Below, in pieces: positions 13,425 to 27,326 of a stretch of DNA of 64,000 nt. Source of the DNA: Oikopleura dioica (lineage: Eukaryota; Animalia; Chordata); the NCBI GenBank assembly GCA_907165135.1, contig OU015569.1, forward strand, positions 4,402,001-4,466,000, written 5' to 3'. Under the pieces are notes generated by a model. That model made no database searches, had not been told where the DNA came from, and saw only the letters and a program-made list of their open reading frames with translations. How positions within the stretch are numbered: the first letter of the stretch is position 1; each line of letters opens with the position of its first letter. The position numbers and the translations under genes were made by a program.

Positions 13425-13797
13425 TTTTGTTTCTCTTTTTTTCTCTTCAAGTACAACTAGCGATCCTAGGACGTAGTAAAAACGGGCCGAGACAACAGAG
13501 CAAGAGAGCGAGCGCGCGTTTATTGAAACATAAAATAAATCAGAATTACGATTTGATTCATGGGAAATCCGCGACAAAGCTTTCAGGGCTTCACGACAAT
13601 TGTGCCAAAAATCCAGAAGCCGCCACTCAAGATAGACGAATTTACTCAGATGTTGTAGATGGCAGCGCGGTAGCTTTCTTTTTCAGAGCGGGAAGTCTTA
13701 ATTGTATTAAAACAATCGGTAAGTTGAACAAATAGAACTAAGAATCATCGCTTTTAACTGCATTTAATGCTGATTACATTATTATGTATGGCCAGAA

Positions 13798-15778
13798 TTA
13801 ACATACTTGCTGAATAGTGTGATCACGGAGATTCAATTGCGGGTCTTGTGTTGTCGGCAAATTAGGCTGCAGCTCAGCCGTGTCGCTTGAGCTGCCAAGG
13901 TCAGCGCGGGATTTGAGCACATATTGAGTGACCACGGCGGTCAGAGAGCCAAATAAAGCCGCCGACACTGCACAAACGGCGATCAAAGAGCCAGTATTAG
14001 CCGCGCTCACTTGTTGATCAGGCGCTAAGTCTTCTTTCATTTCGTAATCAGCCTCATCCACGACTACTTCAATGCGAGGTTTTTTCTGTTGATACGGAGC
14101 CAGTGAAAAGTGAGGCGAGATTTCAGTGAAATCTTTAATAAGCTCGAGGACTGATAATTGAGATACAAGAACTAATCACTTCGCGCTAAGCCTTCCTTCG
14201 TTCATGATAGTAACAGTGACAGAGCATTGCAGACTCTTATAGTCGCTCATGATCTTGGAATCGAAGCGAAACTCACTTCGAACACTGATTAATGAGTCTG
14301 CTGAAAACCAGGCTATGTTAACAACTGCGTCTTTGATCGCGAACTGCTTGAATTTGCATTTGAAGACAGTCTGTTCTTGGTTTTAGAGGCTACTCATTCG
14401 GTACTTATTGACAATAATTTACAGCCTATAAGTGGCTCATTCGTCATAATTAAAAACCGCGCCGGAAAAGAATCGGGACTGCGATCAACAACAACAACTG
14501 GCTCAAGTTTCACAAAATCTAGTCTTTTTCAGATTATCCAGAATATTGCGATTTTTAAAAAGTATTTTAAAATTTGGATATTCATTCCTGACGACAGCTG
14601 GCAAAGGATACTCGTCAATTTCCTCGTTGATTGCATTTCTTCCATTGCAGCTAACAACTGTTTCTCCAGAATTCCGATTCACGATGAACTTCTCCTTGTC
14701 AAAATCCGCGGCTGGGAAGCCATTTCCTCTGCAATAAATCCTCGCCGTTTGATCCGCAACAAGTGTAATCGTTTTGCCACTCATGTCTTCTCCGTTGTAA
14801 AATGCTTGGACTTGCGTGACTGCGTGGTAAATTCGTATTCCTCCGCTTTACAGTTACAATTATTTAAACTGAAGGAAGATAATCATATTTACTTTGTTGG
14901 GTAGCTTTTTGTATAACGGAGGACTTCAACTTCTTCGCCAAGGCCTGAAAAGTACTCGACGACGCAACGAAATCTGTGTTTGTCGAAATTTACAGTTAAC
15001 CCGTGCTCTGGCATCAGCTGAATGAATCGATGAAAAATAGAATTTCTTCTAATTTTAAAAATTTACCTCTAACGCTATCGCATGGTAAAAGTTGTGATCG
15101 GAGCTTTTGATTTGCGGTGGGTTAGGGGAGTACGGGCCTGTCGTCGGTCTCAGTGTGGAAACTAGTTTACCGTCTTCGTCGAGCACTTCCCAGTAAATTT
15201 TAGGCACTGGTCTTGCGTAGCCAGATATACACATTGCTAGGCTACTTGAGCGGCCTTTTGCGAAATGCATATTCTGTGATTTGGCGAAAATTTCTGGAAA
15301 GCGTTGGTCTTCTTCTGGCGGGGAATAGAGGATGAGATAGACCTGCGACGAGAAGGACACTCTGAGAATCATCAGAATTAGATGGACTCAGCCTGTTACC
15401 TATCACCCCAAGCTTGACATCTGTATAAACCGATGTTTTCTGAAGTGGCGATCCCTTTCAAAATCAACTGCTTCTGAGCGCCTATTTCGAAAAATTCATT
15501 CAAACTTTGTGGCTTGTCTTCAATTGTCTGTATCTCGTTGATCCAGCTTCCATTTTGATAGTCCATTTGCGTAAAAACCCACTTGATCTTTGAGCCAAAT
15601 ATTATCCAGAAATTCTCGACCAGAATGTTTGAAGCGTTACCTTTGTGTCTGGATTATACAGAACATTCTTCGGAATCTGGCAGGGGATCTCTACATTTTG
15701 ATCTCCTTCATTAACATAGATTCTGGTTCGCTGCGCACTGCAAATCGAAATTGAGAAAAATGCTAAAAAGCGATGCAT
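13798..15778 (-). CDS. Type I membrane immunoglobulin-superfamily protein (about 4 Ig-like domains)
   Basis: Signal MHRFLAFFSISICSA; Ig-V (EIPCQIP..IKWVF..IGLYRCQA); Ig (AMCISGYARPVPKIYW); Ig (RIYCRGNGFPAADF..VSCNGRN); a fourth C..W..C domain at about 14200-14375; TM GSLIAVCAVSAALFGSLTAVV. 3' end approximate. Confidence 0.8.
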
Positions 15779-16040
15779 TTAACATGTATGAAAATTCTGA
15801 TGAGGGAAAATGCCTGAAAAATGACCGGTGATCGGTGATGGCAGTTTTACTTTATAGCCTCGTTGTTTGCTGAAAAGGTTAATTGCTGCTGCATGCTTTT
15901 TTATTGCAAAGATAGAAATACGGAGCGGACGAAGTTTTTCTAGCCGCACAAGATTAAATATTTGAGCAATTATGAAATGACCCATGAAATGACGCCTGGT
16001 TTCAATTTTCTCGCACTCAAGATTTGAGTAGAGTCAACGG

Positions 16041-17863
16041 ATGAGTACCAAAGTCAGCAATTGAGAAAGGTTTTCTTAGTAAACTTGTGATGTTTTAGAC
16101 AATCATCGTCACCGGAGGGAGCCGAGGCATAGGGGCGGCAATCGCGCGAAGCTTTGCAGCAAAAGGATGGAATATTGTCATACAAGGACGATCGAAGGAA
16201 AAACTTGCTGCTGTCACAAAAGAGTGCATTGAAGCTGGCGGAAACGCAGTTTCCATCGGTAAGCCACCATTTGAACCGTTTTTACTGACGATTGTCAAAG
16301 AACTCGATTTGTCCGAAACTGAGCGGGTCCATGAGATCGTTGATCTTGCGATAAACAAGTTTGGCCGACTCGATGTCCTTGTCAACAACGCGGGAACAAT
16401 GAGACCAGGCGGACTCGAGAGTCAAACCTCCGCCGATTTCGATTTCGTCATGGCTGTAAATTGCAAGGCGCCAGTTTTTCTGATGAAGGCTGCAATCGAG
16501 CATTTGAAAGCTACAAAAGGAAATGTAGTCAACATCTCTTCTACCTCCTCTTTTACCCCTTTTCAAGGTTAGTTCTTTATTACTAGAGAACTCAGAATCT
16601 GGGTCTCGAATCCGTGGTGTTTTTTTGGAGCAGGGTTTGCTCTCGGGCGCCCGCGGCTCCGCGCCCCGGGGCAAGTGCGAAAAAAGCTCCACGAGGCTGG
16701 AGCAGGGCGGAGCTCCAGCGGCTGGAGCATGATCCGGCCGCCGGAGCAGCGGTGACAAAGAAGGCACAGCGCGGGCGTCCAAAAAGTGTTTGCGCGCAGC
16801 ACTCAATCACGTGCATTTTCATCATGTTTTCATGATTGAAACAATTTATATTCAATATTTCATTGCCAGTATTTTTAAATTGTTATAATAACAATGTTAT
16901 TAAAAATAAATAATGATAATTTTTCGTAACACTTTATTATCGAACTTACTAACTATCTAAATAAACTTTATTCAATAAAGTCAAATTATAATTTCCGCTT
17001 TATATAATCAATTTCTGATCTCAAAAAAAAATGAAATTTTTATGCGAACTAAGTGATGTTTAACTAATGATCACCTTCAAAAAAAACGAACTGCTCCTTT
17101 GTAAGATATTCAACTGATAATTTTCCTTTTATTCTAAAATAAAAATCTTTACACTTCCGGGAAGATGTTTGTGCAAATCACCCGGTTTTATTTGCATCGA
17201 ATCTCTGACAGTAGGTCAGAGATTCACCCGCCGAGAAGTTGGTGCGCGCTAATGCTTTTTGGGCTTCCCGCCCAGCCACTGCCAGTGGCCCATTGGGCCC
17301 AAGCGCGCAAAGCATAAGCCCCTCACTTTCTTGCCCGTCACTTTTGCTGCTCCAGCGCGTGGAGCAGCCGGTTTTCTGCTCCGGGCGCGTGGAGTTTTTG
17401 GCGCCCAAGAGCACGCCGTGCTCCAACAAAACGCCACGTATTCGAGACCCAGCTCAGAATCATAAATTTAAATTTCTTTTATCAAAATTTTTCTTCTAGG
17501 AATTCTATCGTACAACATGTCGAAAGCAGCACTAGATCATTTTACCCGAACGATGGCTACAAACTTGATGACTTGCGGTGTGAAAGTCAACTCCATTAAC
17601 CCGGCAACAGTGCGAACCGACATCCACTACTCCAAGGGCTACGACGATGCAAAAGTACAAGAGTACTACGATCATGTGACTGAAAAGCAACCTCTAGGTC
17701 GATTAGGAAATAAATCAGCGAGATTCAAATCTTTGTTTTAGGCGGAGTAATTGAGCCAGAGCAAATCGCTGAGGCTGTTCTAATGATCACCGACGACAAA
17801 CTCGGAAGTCTTACTGGGCAAACGATTGTTATTGACGGTGGCCGCTCGCAGCACCCAGTCTAA
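16041..17863 (+). CDS. Classical short-chain dehydrogenase/reductase (FabG/HSD-like), 4 exons
   Basis: MSTK|TIIVTGGSRGIG (TGxxxGIG), LDVLVNNAG, NISS, catalytic YNMSK (YxxxK), NSINPATVRT, C-terminal LTGQTIVIDGG; canonical GT-AG introns. Confidence 0.93.
16599..17452. mobile_element. Non-autonomous hAT-like DNA transposon (MITE) in the long SDR intron
   Basis: Imperfect TIRs of about 53 bp starting CTGGGTCTCGAAT; exact 8-bp TSD CTCAGAAT at 16591-16598 and 17453-17460; GC-rich subterminal GGAGCA/TGCTCC repeats and an AT-rich core. Confidence 0.85.
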
Positions 17864-18130
17864 GTGTTTGTATTCATTGATGAAAGTAATAAATCATATC
17901 CGGAGTTAGTCCTTTTCTTTGTTACCCCCGAAAGAGTCTTACCAAAAGCATGAATATCTCCAAATACTCAGAAATAACGGCCCAGATACCAAGAAGGATG
18001 TTCTCTTGCTTGACCGTCGTTGACCCTTGTTTTGCCGAGGAACTTGTTTTCAGATCTTATCGAAGCAAAAACGCAGGCATTAAACCTAGGCAACTGGATT
18101 CCCCGGATTCGTCCCGTTTCGCGATTTTCG

Positions 18131-19489
18131 ATGCCCGATTTTGAAGAGGAGAAAGAAAAATTGTTGAGTTTTTATCGGGCCCCGAATGAGACAGAGTTTT
18201 TCATTTATTTGGGATACCTAATTCAGAGATATAATGGCACTTTACCTGGACATAGTAAGTTTCCTTGGCCGACCGAGCAAGTCTTTTTTTAGGAAGCATT
18301 TAATGAGATTTTAGATATTCCAAACAGCGTGGTCAGCTGTGGAAGCTTATGGGCAGGCATTATAGGGATGTTGGCGATGGGGATGGCAACCGATCCTTAT
18401 AAAATTCTGAAATACGCGAAAAAGCCAATAGGTCCACTGATTGGGATGATTTGTCAATTTGCGATTATGCCGAGCATTGCTATTGTCTATCTAGCTGCAA
18501 TTGATATCGGTACATACGAGGCGTTGGTTATCATGCTCTATTCTTGCTCCCCTGGTGGAGGGCTCAGGTAAGAGTAAAAAGGTAGACATTTCTATCAAAG
18601 TTTCAGCAATTTAATAACTTACTACATGGGTGGCGACTTGGATTTGTCAGTAACGATGACAATGCTGTCCTGTACCCTAGCGCTTGTCCTTACACCTGCC
18701 TGGATTCACGTGGTGACAAGAGTTGTTCATTCGGCAGATGAACTCAAAACCCCTTACGATGAGATTTGGAAAACAATCGCCGCTTTGGTTATTCCTGCAT
18801 TAGTCGGTTCGTTTTTCAACTGGTTAGGACAGGTACAAATATCAAAATGAGAAGGTGGTTCATAAGAGCGTTTAGAAACGAAAATTCAGCGAGAAACTGC
18901 GAATTTTGACCAATGTCCTCGCAGGATCGGCGTTAGTAGGCCTTATAGCATCGTTGATCCTTGGCATTTTTAAATTCTATCTGACAGCGATCATAACACA
19001 GGTAGGAGCTTCTCTTCCTTGATTTTTACTTTTCTTTGTATTTTAGGCGCAGCTGATTTACACCGCTTTGGTGCCATTCGTCGGGTTCGCCATCGCAGTT
19101 GTTTTGAGCTTTGTGGTGGTTTCGATTTTGGAGATATTCGGATCGACTCCGAACATGCGGTCTTTGCAGCACTTGACGATCGGGGTTGAAACAGCCGTTC
19201 AAAGTGCAAGGATAGTTAATGTCATAACACTCGCTCTTTATAAAGGTGAGCTCTATCGATGTTTTTTGTTAAATGTTCTGTTTCAGACAAAATGTTTGAA
19301 AACGCTCAAACATTCTTCTTTCCACTACTCGGCTTCGGCTGGCAAATCGTCTTCGGTGGTCTTCTAGTGCTGATAATGAGAATACCCTACATACGAAGAA
19401 TAATAACGAGAGAGAATATTGAAAAAACATCAGACTACGGACTGCAAAATATCACCTTTTCTGAATCTAAACAAAGCATACGAGAATAA
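18131..19489 (+). CDS. SLC10 family sodium/bile-acid (steroid sulfate) cotransporter
   Basis: GMLAMGM...KKPIGPLIGMICQFAIMP, CSPGGGL|SNLITYYMGGDLDLSVTMTMLS and LTIGVETAVQSA are SLC10/SBF motifs. Start codon uncertain. Confidence 0.88.
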
Positions 19490-20261
19490 ATAAACTGCCA
19501 CAGTTCAATAAATTCCCAAAACTACTCGCTTATTTTCGAAATTTCGCATCCTTCATAAAGGTCAATTCTTTTTGGTTCGGTCTTGTTTTCGAAGATGTTT
19601 TCACCGTTTTTTTTGTCGTATTTTTCAGACTCTGACGACCTTTCTTTATCTAATCTGATGCTTTGCAGCAGCGCGATCTATTTTCAGTTTCAGTCGGCTT
19701 TCGGAAAGCGCAGAGACCAGATACTTACGAGATTTTATCGAGGTAAAGAGTTGTTACTAAAAAATAAGAATCGAATTCAACCGAATTTTGACGGCTTTTA
19801 AGTTACCACCTATGAATAACCTATAAATAAAGCAGCTCCTATAGAGCAAGCTAAAAACCGTCCTTGTTGGCTGGTTTAGGTCGGCTTTTTAACGGGTCAT
19901 AAGTTATGACTCAACAGAAAAACCGACCGAAGTTGACCACGAAAGACGGTGATCGGTGTCGACCCTAGTCTCCAACTCGACCAGAAATACTTCAGTAAAC
20001 TTTTAATTAAGAAAGTCATAGTATCATGTTTAGTTTTATCATGATACTAATATAAGAGGCTTTTAGAAGAAAGAAAATATTTGTAAAAGTCTATTGAAGA
20101 GTATCTTGTCTTCAAAAAAGTAACCTGCGAAAAACCGGATTTTTGGTTGAGCGGTGCTGATTGGTTGGCGCGCGATTTAAGCGTTTGTCGAACGCCGTTC
20201 GATTGAAAGTGTTCTTTTGAAAATGGCGATTTGAAAAACGTTCATTCAGGAAAACGAGAGA

Positions 20262-23200
20262 ATGAGTGACCAGGAGATCTTGAATAAGACGCCAGAAAAC
20301 GACTTCCTCGCGGACTCATCTTTCGAATCGTCATGCTTCGATCCGAGTAAGTTTAAAAACTTATAATAAGTAATTTACTTTTTCTGTGAGATAATACCTA
20401 GAAAGCGTATTTTTATTAATGATTAAAAAATTTTGTTAACTTTATATTTATAGAAGTGACAAGCACAGACAATGTCCATCTGTACAGAGCGCGCAAAAAA
20501 CCAGCCCGCCCAGCACTTGGGGAGTCGACAAATCTCGTGGAGAAAACGACGGAAGAGGGACTCGACGGGTTAAGTTTTGGAAGCACACAGCAACTCCCTG
20601 GCGATACTCTCCAGAAAACCTCTGATCTGACTGTGGAAAACTCAGGAAAGGCTTGCTCTCTCCATTTCTTTTCGGATATATTTTCAAAGTGTAGAAAATA
20701 GCCTATAATAAGATCTAAAAGAAAATTTTACTATCCGAGAACTTCCGCCGACTCCCGAACATCGAAGCTGTAACAGGTCCAGCACGCTTCGTCTCTCGCA
20801 GCTTCTTTCTGATTCAAAGCAGGACGAGCTCTCGAGAATACAGAGGTGCGCATCGAACGACACTCAGCCGCCGCTTGCCCGGAATCCTTTCGCAAGTGAA
20901 ATTCCACGCGAGAACTTTGCTGATCTTGCTAAGAAACACAGTTCTACTTTAACGCATAGGCAAGAAAAGAAGTACATTCATGGCGATTTTCACGCATACC
21001 GTGACACGGACATGAAAGCTCCCTTCATCGACAGCTTCGATATGACGCCCATAAGAAAAGCAAAAGGCCACGTAGTACATGCGGGTGGAGATGTCTGGTC
21101 CAGCACATTGTCAAGTGAGGCAAGCCAGAAAACCCAGATTGAGTTAGATTCGAAGTACTTCCGTCCAACTGCATCGAAAGAAACCGAGTTGACAGGCATT
21201 TTCGGCGGCTTTGGACTCGCCACACAGTCCGGGGGCTCTTCCGACGAGTTAACACACTCACAACCAAAGCCTGATTTCGACATTGTTAACTCGCGAAGGA
21301 CTAGTGAACAAGAAGAGCTTGGCTTTGACGATTCCGACTTTCTCTCGGGCGAAGAAGCGCTAAAAATGCTGGATGAACACGAGGCTGAGTTCGAGGAAGA
21401 GAACAGACTCCGGCTGGATTCGCATTTCGAAGCAAACGAGAACGCGAACCAGCAAGAGTTCAGCATACGATCAAACGACGGGAACATCTCCAAGTTCTTT
21501 GCCGCTGGAACCGGTGGCCTCGGCTTGGGCGAGGCGGAATCTCCGACGAAGAGCGCATTCAAAAAACCCAACGTCCCCATCGCCTACGGCGGCGCGTCTG
21601 AGACTGTTGTTATCGATAAGAGAAGGGACACTGTGAGCACTGTCAAGAGTTTAAATTTTTCTACGCTGGATTCGACTGCCGCTTTTGACAAGTACCATCA
21701 TGGTTTGAAAGCGATGGAGTCAGACTCGAGCGATGAATCGTACCAGAAGATCCAGAAGCAACATGAAAAGCTGCGCGCAGATGAAACGCTCGGTTCGATA
21801 CATGGATCGAACGATAGAAACGACCGATACTCGATCGGAAGTTTGAGCTCTGAGAACCTTGGTAAACTGCCGCGAAGTCAAAGTTCGCCCTCCAAAAGCT
21901 CGGATAGTACGAATCTCCATCTCGACTCAATCGATAGTATGGAAAATACGAACATCGACGAGCTCTGCAGAACGAAATGCGGCAGTTTTGTGACATTATG
22001 CAGCAAAGAAGGTGACCAAACACAAGTCGAAAGCACTGTCTTCCAGGAGAAAACTGCGTCTTCTACCTCATCGAAAGGAAGCCTTTTGACTAAACAGCGT
22101 AGGTCTTCGGTGAACACCCAAAACGCACGGACGACGAGGTTTGCTTCTCTTCCTGCCATCCCTAACTACGACTCGATTAGCTCCTTTCCACCACAGCCTC
22201 CTCCGATGGGACCTCATCAGTCAAATCCCCTCTTCAAAGAAACCAGCAGACCTTATTCTCCTGCGCCGCTTGTAGAAGTGTCTAACGAGGTCGACTTTGC
22301 GAATTTCGTATTCACGGGCGATTCGAAGACTGAAGTAATCCATGTTCGACCGCAGACAAATTGGGTCTCATGTCGCATTTGCATACGAAGTATTCTGCTC
22401 GATTCGAAGCCGATTTCGTTCGAGGAAAGTCCCTTCATTCTCCGTCAAGTCGAATTCAACCTCACGCATGGACAGCCTATTTTCGTTCCGATATCTTTCC
22501 GGCCAAAAATGCCAGGTCGCTACCTCTCGGTTCTTGAGCTGCGGTCTACTCCTGTTGGTCAATATCAGAACACCCAGGAAAATCCAAGTAGAATCAATCA
22601 TCAGGAGCAAATATGTGCCGTCAACGTAATGGGATTGGCAGTGAAGCCCTGTATTAAAATCGACAATGGTTCGGGGGTGTATCGCTGGGAAGAAAACGGA
22701 AAGAACCGCATTGATTTGGAGAACACTTCGGACTTTAACATTCCGGTCATAGTCGAGATCGACTACGGATATGATCTCATTCTCGATGGAAGTCCAGTAA
22801 GCAATATCATCTTGCCAGCGCGAACTTCTGTCCCACTCCAGCTTGCTTCTAATGCCGCCGTGCCTCGTGTCGATTCCTCAAAATTAAAGGTTTATCTCGA
22901 TGGGCGAGAAAAGACCGCCATAGAATTTTGCACAATCACGCGCCCGCCACCCGTCGTTCAACTCTCTGGGCCCGAAATCACTCCACGTTTCAACGTTCAC
23001 AGCTTCTCAAGTTCAAACGAACAGATCACTATCCACAACTGCGGCGACTGTTCTGCAAATATTAATGCTATAATCGATGGACCTGTCGCGCAGAACATCC
23101 AAGTCAGTCCTGGGACGGCTTCGATCCCTGCAGATGGAGAACTAGTCTTCTCGCTGAAGATTGTTGGCGAAAGAAGGCTTGCGCGTTCGATGCACAGGCT

Positions 23201-25427
23201 GATTTTAGAGATATCGGGCACGGACGAGGAATTTGTGTGTCCCTTCGACGTGACAGTCCTCGATCAATTTGACCAGAGCAAAACATCGCGTCCAAAACAA
23301 GAACGTCAAAAAGCAGCTGCAAACACGTCCCGTCATCAGAAAACCTCCAGTTCTGTGAGCAGCGGAGCTCCCACCTCTCTTTCCTCAAATCGATCAATTT
23401 TATTGTGGCCTAAATTGGCGGCTGGTCAACCGGAATCCAAGTCAGTAACACTGCGGGGCCGTGGTGATTATGCCTTGAACTTGTCTGGATGTGGATACAA
23501 AGTGTTCATGAATGACAAACAAGTGCAGAGCGGGGAAATCCTCAAGTTCAGCTCAAAGAAAGACGTCCTCCTTCAAGTAAGATGCGAAGCCAGTAGTGAT
23601 GATGACTTGATGAACTCGAAACTAAACCTGGTCTCCGTCGACGACTCATCCCTCAAGTCATGCATTCCACTCATTTCGCAAGTAGGAAATCCCGTAGTGA
23701 CAGTCAATGGCGAAACGAATCTTTCAAAATTAACAATTCCCGTTACTTTTGGCAAAGGGTCGTCAATGCTTTTGAAAAATACTGGCACCGCGGAAGCGTT
23801 CGTTCACTTTCTGCAAACTAAGGTAACTCTTCTATTAACAAAACTCTTTATAGTAATCAAAATTTCCGTAGAACTCTGAGAAAGGCCTTGTTGATCCACA
23901 AGTGGTTAACCTGCGACAGGGCGAAGAGAAAACGATCGTTTTTACTTCTAGCAAAACGAGCGGCGATGACGAATTCATGATGTACTCTGGATCCGCGCGA
24001 CTCAGAGAAATTATGGGAACGATACTGAACACTGAAAAAGGTAAAAATTTCCTAACGAAACCGTAAAAACGTATTCTTTCAGGGGCTGCTGCGTGGAAAA
24101 AAACACTTGGCAAGCTGAATTCTGCAAAAATAACTCGCTTGAATTTCGCCTTCGACCCGAAGTTTGAAGCCTTTGATGACCTGGGAATTCTGCCCGATAA
24201 CTACGTCTCAGTGTTCAACACTTTCCTGCGTCATCTGACAGTCGACACCATCAAAATTAAATTCCAACCGGTGCCGAAGAAGACTCACACGCGAACATCT
24301 TCATTGGACTCTGTCCCGACTAAACACAGTGGACAAAACGAAAATCCGAGCCTTGTCGTCACTCCATCTTTACTTGACCTAAATCGAGGTAGCACTATTA
24401 TTTTTAACTTTTGATTAATTGCTTTCTAAGAAAACGAGTTGTCTGTTATGGCATGTGGAATCTCGCAGCCAGTAATTATGAGCTGCAAATACGACGATTC
24501 GATGATGCGAGTAGCACCCACGCGCCTCGAGCTGAAGCCAGGAAAGAAAGAGAAGCTAATCGTAATTCCCCTGAACGACAACAATTGCTGGGTGCAATCG
24601 CTGCTTCTCCAGACTGACAAGGTCTCGCAATCAGTAGGCGTGCAACATCTTCGGGCCCCACGCAACGAGCTCGTCTTCTCCCAAAAGTAATACTACTGGA
24701 AATCATCTTGCATCTAGTTTTTTTAGTCTCGTGGACTTTGGTTCTGTCGACGGGAAGCTAGCAGTAAGCAGGAAGGTTTCCCTCACGAATAAGGATGAGG
24801 ACACATGTTCTTGGTTCCTTATTCAGCAAGCAGGGGCAAGTCCTGAGGGTCGATTCTCTCTCACGCCTCGTGATGGCGAGCTCAAGCCGTAAGTCTTCGC
24901 CGTTTTACTTGACAGTAAGAGAATTTTCAGTGGTCAAAGCGTCGAGCTGACAATCAGGTTTGCCCCTCCGCGTGTTCCAGATACTTACGAACAAGACTGG
25001 CTGATCGAGTACCATAAGAAGGGCGAAGTGGGACTCGCCCGGACAATGCGACGAATAAGCTTGAAGACAAAGGCCGCCACGAAGCTGTTGAAGAGCTTTG
25101 AGCTAAAGCCAGCTGCAGCTATCTTCGATAATGTTACGCCTGACTCCGGAACGTGAGTTCATTACCGTTCCCCGTTGAATTTTACCTGAATTTCTTAGGA
25201 GGCGAATGGTTATTCAGTTGCAAAACAGAACCCATTCACCGATGAACATTACCGCCTCAGAGCCCGAGATGCCCTTCAGCGATAAGCAACGCTCGTTCAC
25301 GCTCAAGGATGGTGATCAATCCTTACCCAGCAAATCTAGTTCAAATACGAATTTAAAACGCAAATTCATTACTTTTGGAAAGGAGAACACTCTGAATTCG
25401 GTTTCTCCGCCAAAGTTAATGAAATAG
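20262..25427 (+). CDS. CEP192: CEP192/SPD-2-like centrosomal scaffold protein with tandem ASH domains
   Basis: Long acidic, Ser-rich disordered N-terminus. Repeated ASH-type segments: FVPISFRPKMPGRYLSVLELR, IDLENTSD, ITIHNCGD, LLKNTGTAEAFVHF (cf. VRNTGSRAAFVK), VIQLQNRT..EPEMPF. Contains the 955-aa exon ORF 21012-23879. Stop position approximate. Confidence 0.7.
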
Positions 25428-25681
25428 CCTACTGGTGGGAGAAAAAACTGACCCTTCAGTACTCTTCTTTCGCCAGCAGTTTAGAGTCGTTTTTCAAAAG
25501 GCTGTGATAAAAGTCATTACTTGATATGCCAGCCTTTTGAAAAGATTTTGATTATTTATTATTCGGTGTAGAAAGAGTTTGCTTGACTAGACTTTCAGGA
25601 GCTTTGAAAACTAATAGACATTCCATACTTTATTCATTCCACTTTTTTACGTACTTATCCGTCTCTCTAAGCTCTGAAGGT

Positions 25682-26570
25682 CTAGGGTAGTTCCCTATTG
25701 TCAATGTGCCTGCAGAGAATATTCACTGTTATTTGATTAGAATATTTTAAACATTGGTCGGTGATTGAGTGCTCTGCATGTGCTTTGAAAATAGCGAGTA
25801 TTTTGTTTTGGGTGAATGCTTGATCTAGTTGTAGCCGCGTTATTACGTTGATTTTCCGATCTATTTGAATACGAGCAATCTTGAACCGCGCTTGTACGAG
25901 AGTGAGATCGCTTTCACCAACCAAGAAGGCCTCACACAATTTCTCAAACTACGGGCAGATCTATCGTAACTACGATATCTTCACTCTTCGTTTCCATTCC
26001 TGCACTTATACTGCCTATTTTACCCAGCCTTCGATTTTTAATAAAATAAAAACTATCATTCATCAAAACTCAAGAAAATACTCTGATAACACTCATCTTA
26101 GTACTCTTTGTTGTTACTCTTTGTTTTTTTTCTTTGCTCGTATTGTTTATTGAAAACTACAGGAACGTGAAAGTAACTCGGCAATGATGAATGAAGCGCA
26201 TCTGCAGTGAATCCGGATAAGTAGACCTAGATTAAGAGACCAGTGAAGTAACTTGAAAAATGGCACTGTAAGAATATTCTTTCGGCAATGATTTGGCTGA
26301 ATTTATGAGTTTTTTTCCTAGCTGTCTTTGTTGTTGATCGTGAAGGTTGCGCTTAAAAAAATATAAGTCAACTCAACATGAGTTAGAGCGAGTGAAAATG
26401 AGTGATGCGATGGAGTTATTAAATACGTTAACTATTCAAATTGAATATCTAACGAATACGAAACAAGATGACTAATGAGATGGATGGTGTTGCGCGATGA
26501 GATTGTGGCCTTACCCCTATTTTCCCTAACAATCTGATGAGTTGTCTAGAACTTATTCCGAGCACATTCC
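25682..26570 (-). CDS. Putative uncharacterised multi-exon gene
   Basis: Terminal exon FEKLCEAFLVGESDLTLVQARFK...RELP* follows an AG; other short open segments lie upstream. No family recognised. Confidence 0.3.
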
Positions 26571-26655
26571 TAGAGGAAATATTAGTTAATAACATTTTCT
26601 TAAAATTCATATCTTTATTTTGTGATTATAAAAGAATACTTTCCGACAATTCCGT

Positions 26656-27171
26656 TCAGAAAAACATACCTGAATCCTCAGAGTCGAATCTTTGAGCGGC
26701 ACGGGCTGGAGCTCTAGCAACAACTTCGTCTTGAAAATCTTCGTCTCGTTTTTCGTCGATGTTTACACTTTCTGCTAACTCCTTTTCGTAAACAGACGGG
26801 TGGCGAAGAATGGCACCAGATTTGATTGCTTTCATCATTTCTTTCATCTCCTTTGCGTCCTGTTCCTCCAATCGTTTGCGATTCATGTTTCTCTTCCGCG
26901 CAGGTGTTTCCGAGCACTCGGTCATCTTATGCCGGATGAGGTCGGCCTTCGCCGCGTAGTACAGCTTGCAAGTGCCACATCCATACATGCCACGGTGCCA
27001 CAAGTGCACTTCGCACTCATGGGCAACCATCTCAGAGACAGTGTCTGATCCATGCCCGCAGGTTTCACAGTTGTGTGTCTTTCGCACTTTAATCGTTGGC
27101 TGAGTAAAGTAGTCCCAAAACACTTTGGGAGGCTCATCGAACACAACGGGTACTGGCTTCTTGAACACCAT
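26656..27171 (-). CDS. Small zinc-finger protein (C2H2 + C2HC-type fingers)
   Basis: CETCGHGSDTVSEMVAHECEVH and CGTCKLYYAAKADLIRHKMTEC, followed by a basic NLS-like RKRNMNRKR; TTGTAG acceptor 1 nt before the ATG. Confidence 0.75.
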   Translation of the reverse strand: MVFKKPVPVVFDEPPKVFWDYFTQPTIKVRKTHNCETCGHGSDTVSEMVAHECEVHLWHRGMYGCGTCKLYYAAKADLIRHKMTECSETPARKRNMNRKRLEEQDAKEMKEMMKAIKSGAILRHPSVYEKELAESVNIDEKRDEDFQDEVVARAPARAAQRFDSEDSGMFF

Positions 27172-27326
27172 TCTACAAATCGACAATTGATTGCTCCGTA
27201 GATAGGTTCTAGTTCATTTTTAAAGAAGACAGAATGAATGAAAGCAAATTGTATTAGGGCTGTAGCAGTTGGATGTTGTGAGATTTTTGAGTTGGAAGAG
27301 TTAAAGCGATAAGGATGTCTGTGATA

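Noticed and set aside
16282-16855. Several GC-rich ORFs (174, 87, 77 aa) that might be a transposase fragment
   Set aside because: They are by-products of the GC-rich MITE arm and SDR antisense; no DDE or hAT motifs.
19800-19975. Possible hAT end (..GTCGACCCTA with AACCG motifs)
   Set aside because: No matching opposite TIR or TSD found; at most a relic.
20990-21580. 196-aa minus-strand ORF and other antisense ORFs over 21000-23800
   Set aside because: Shadow ORFs of the long CEP192-like exon; no domain features.
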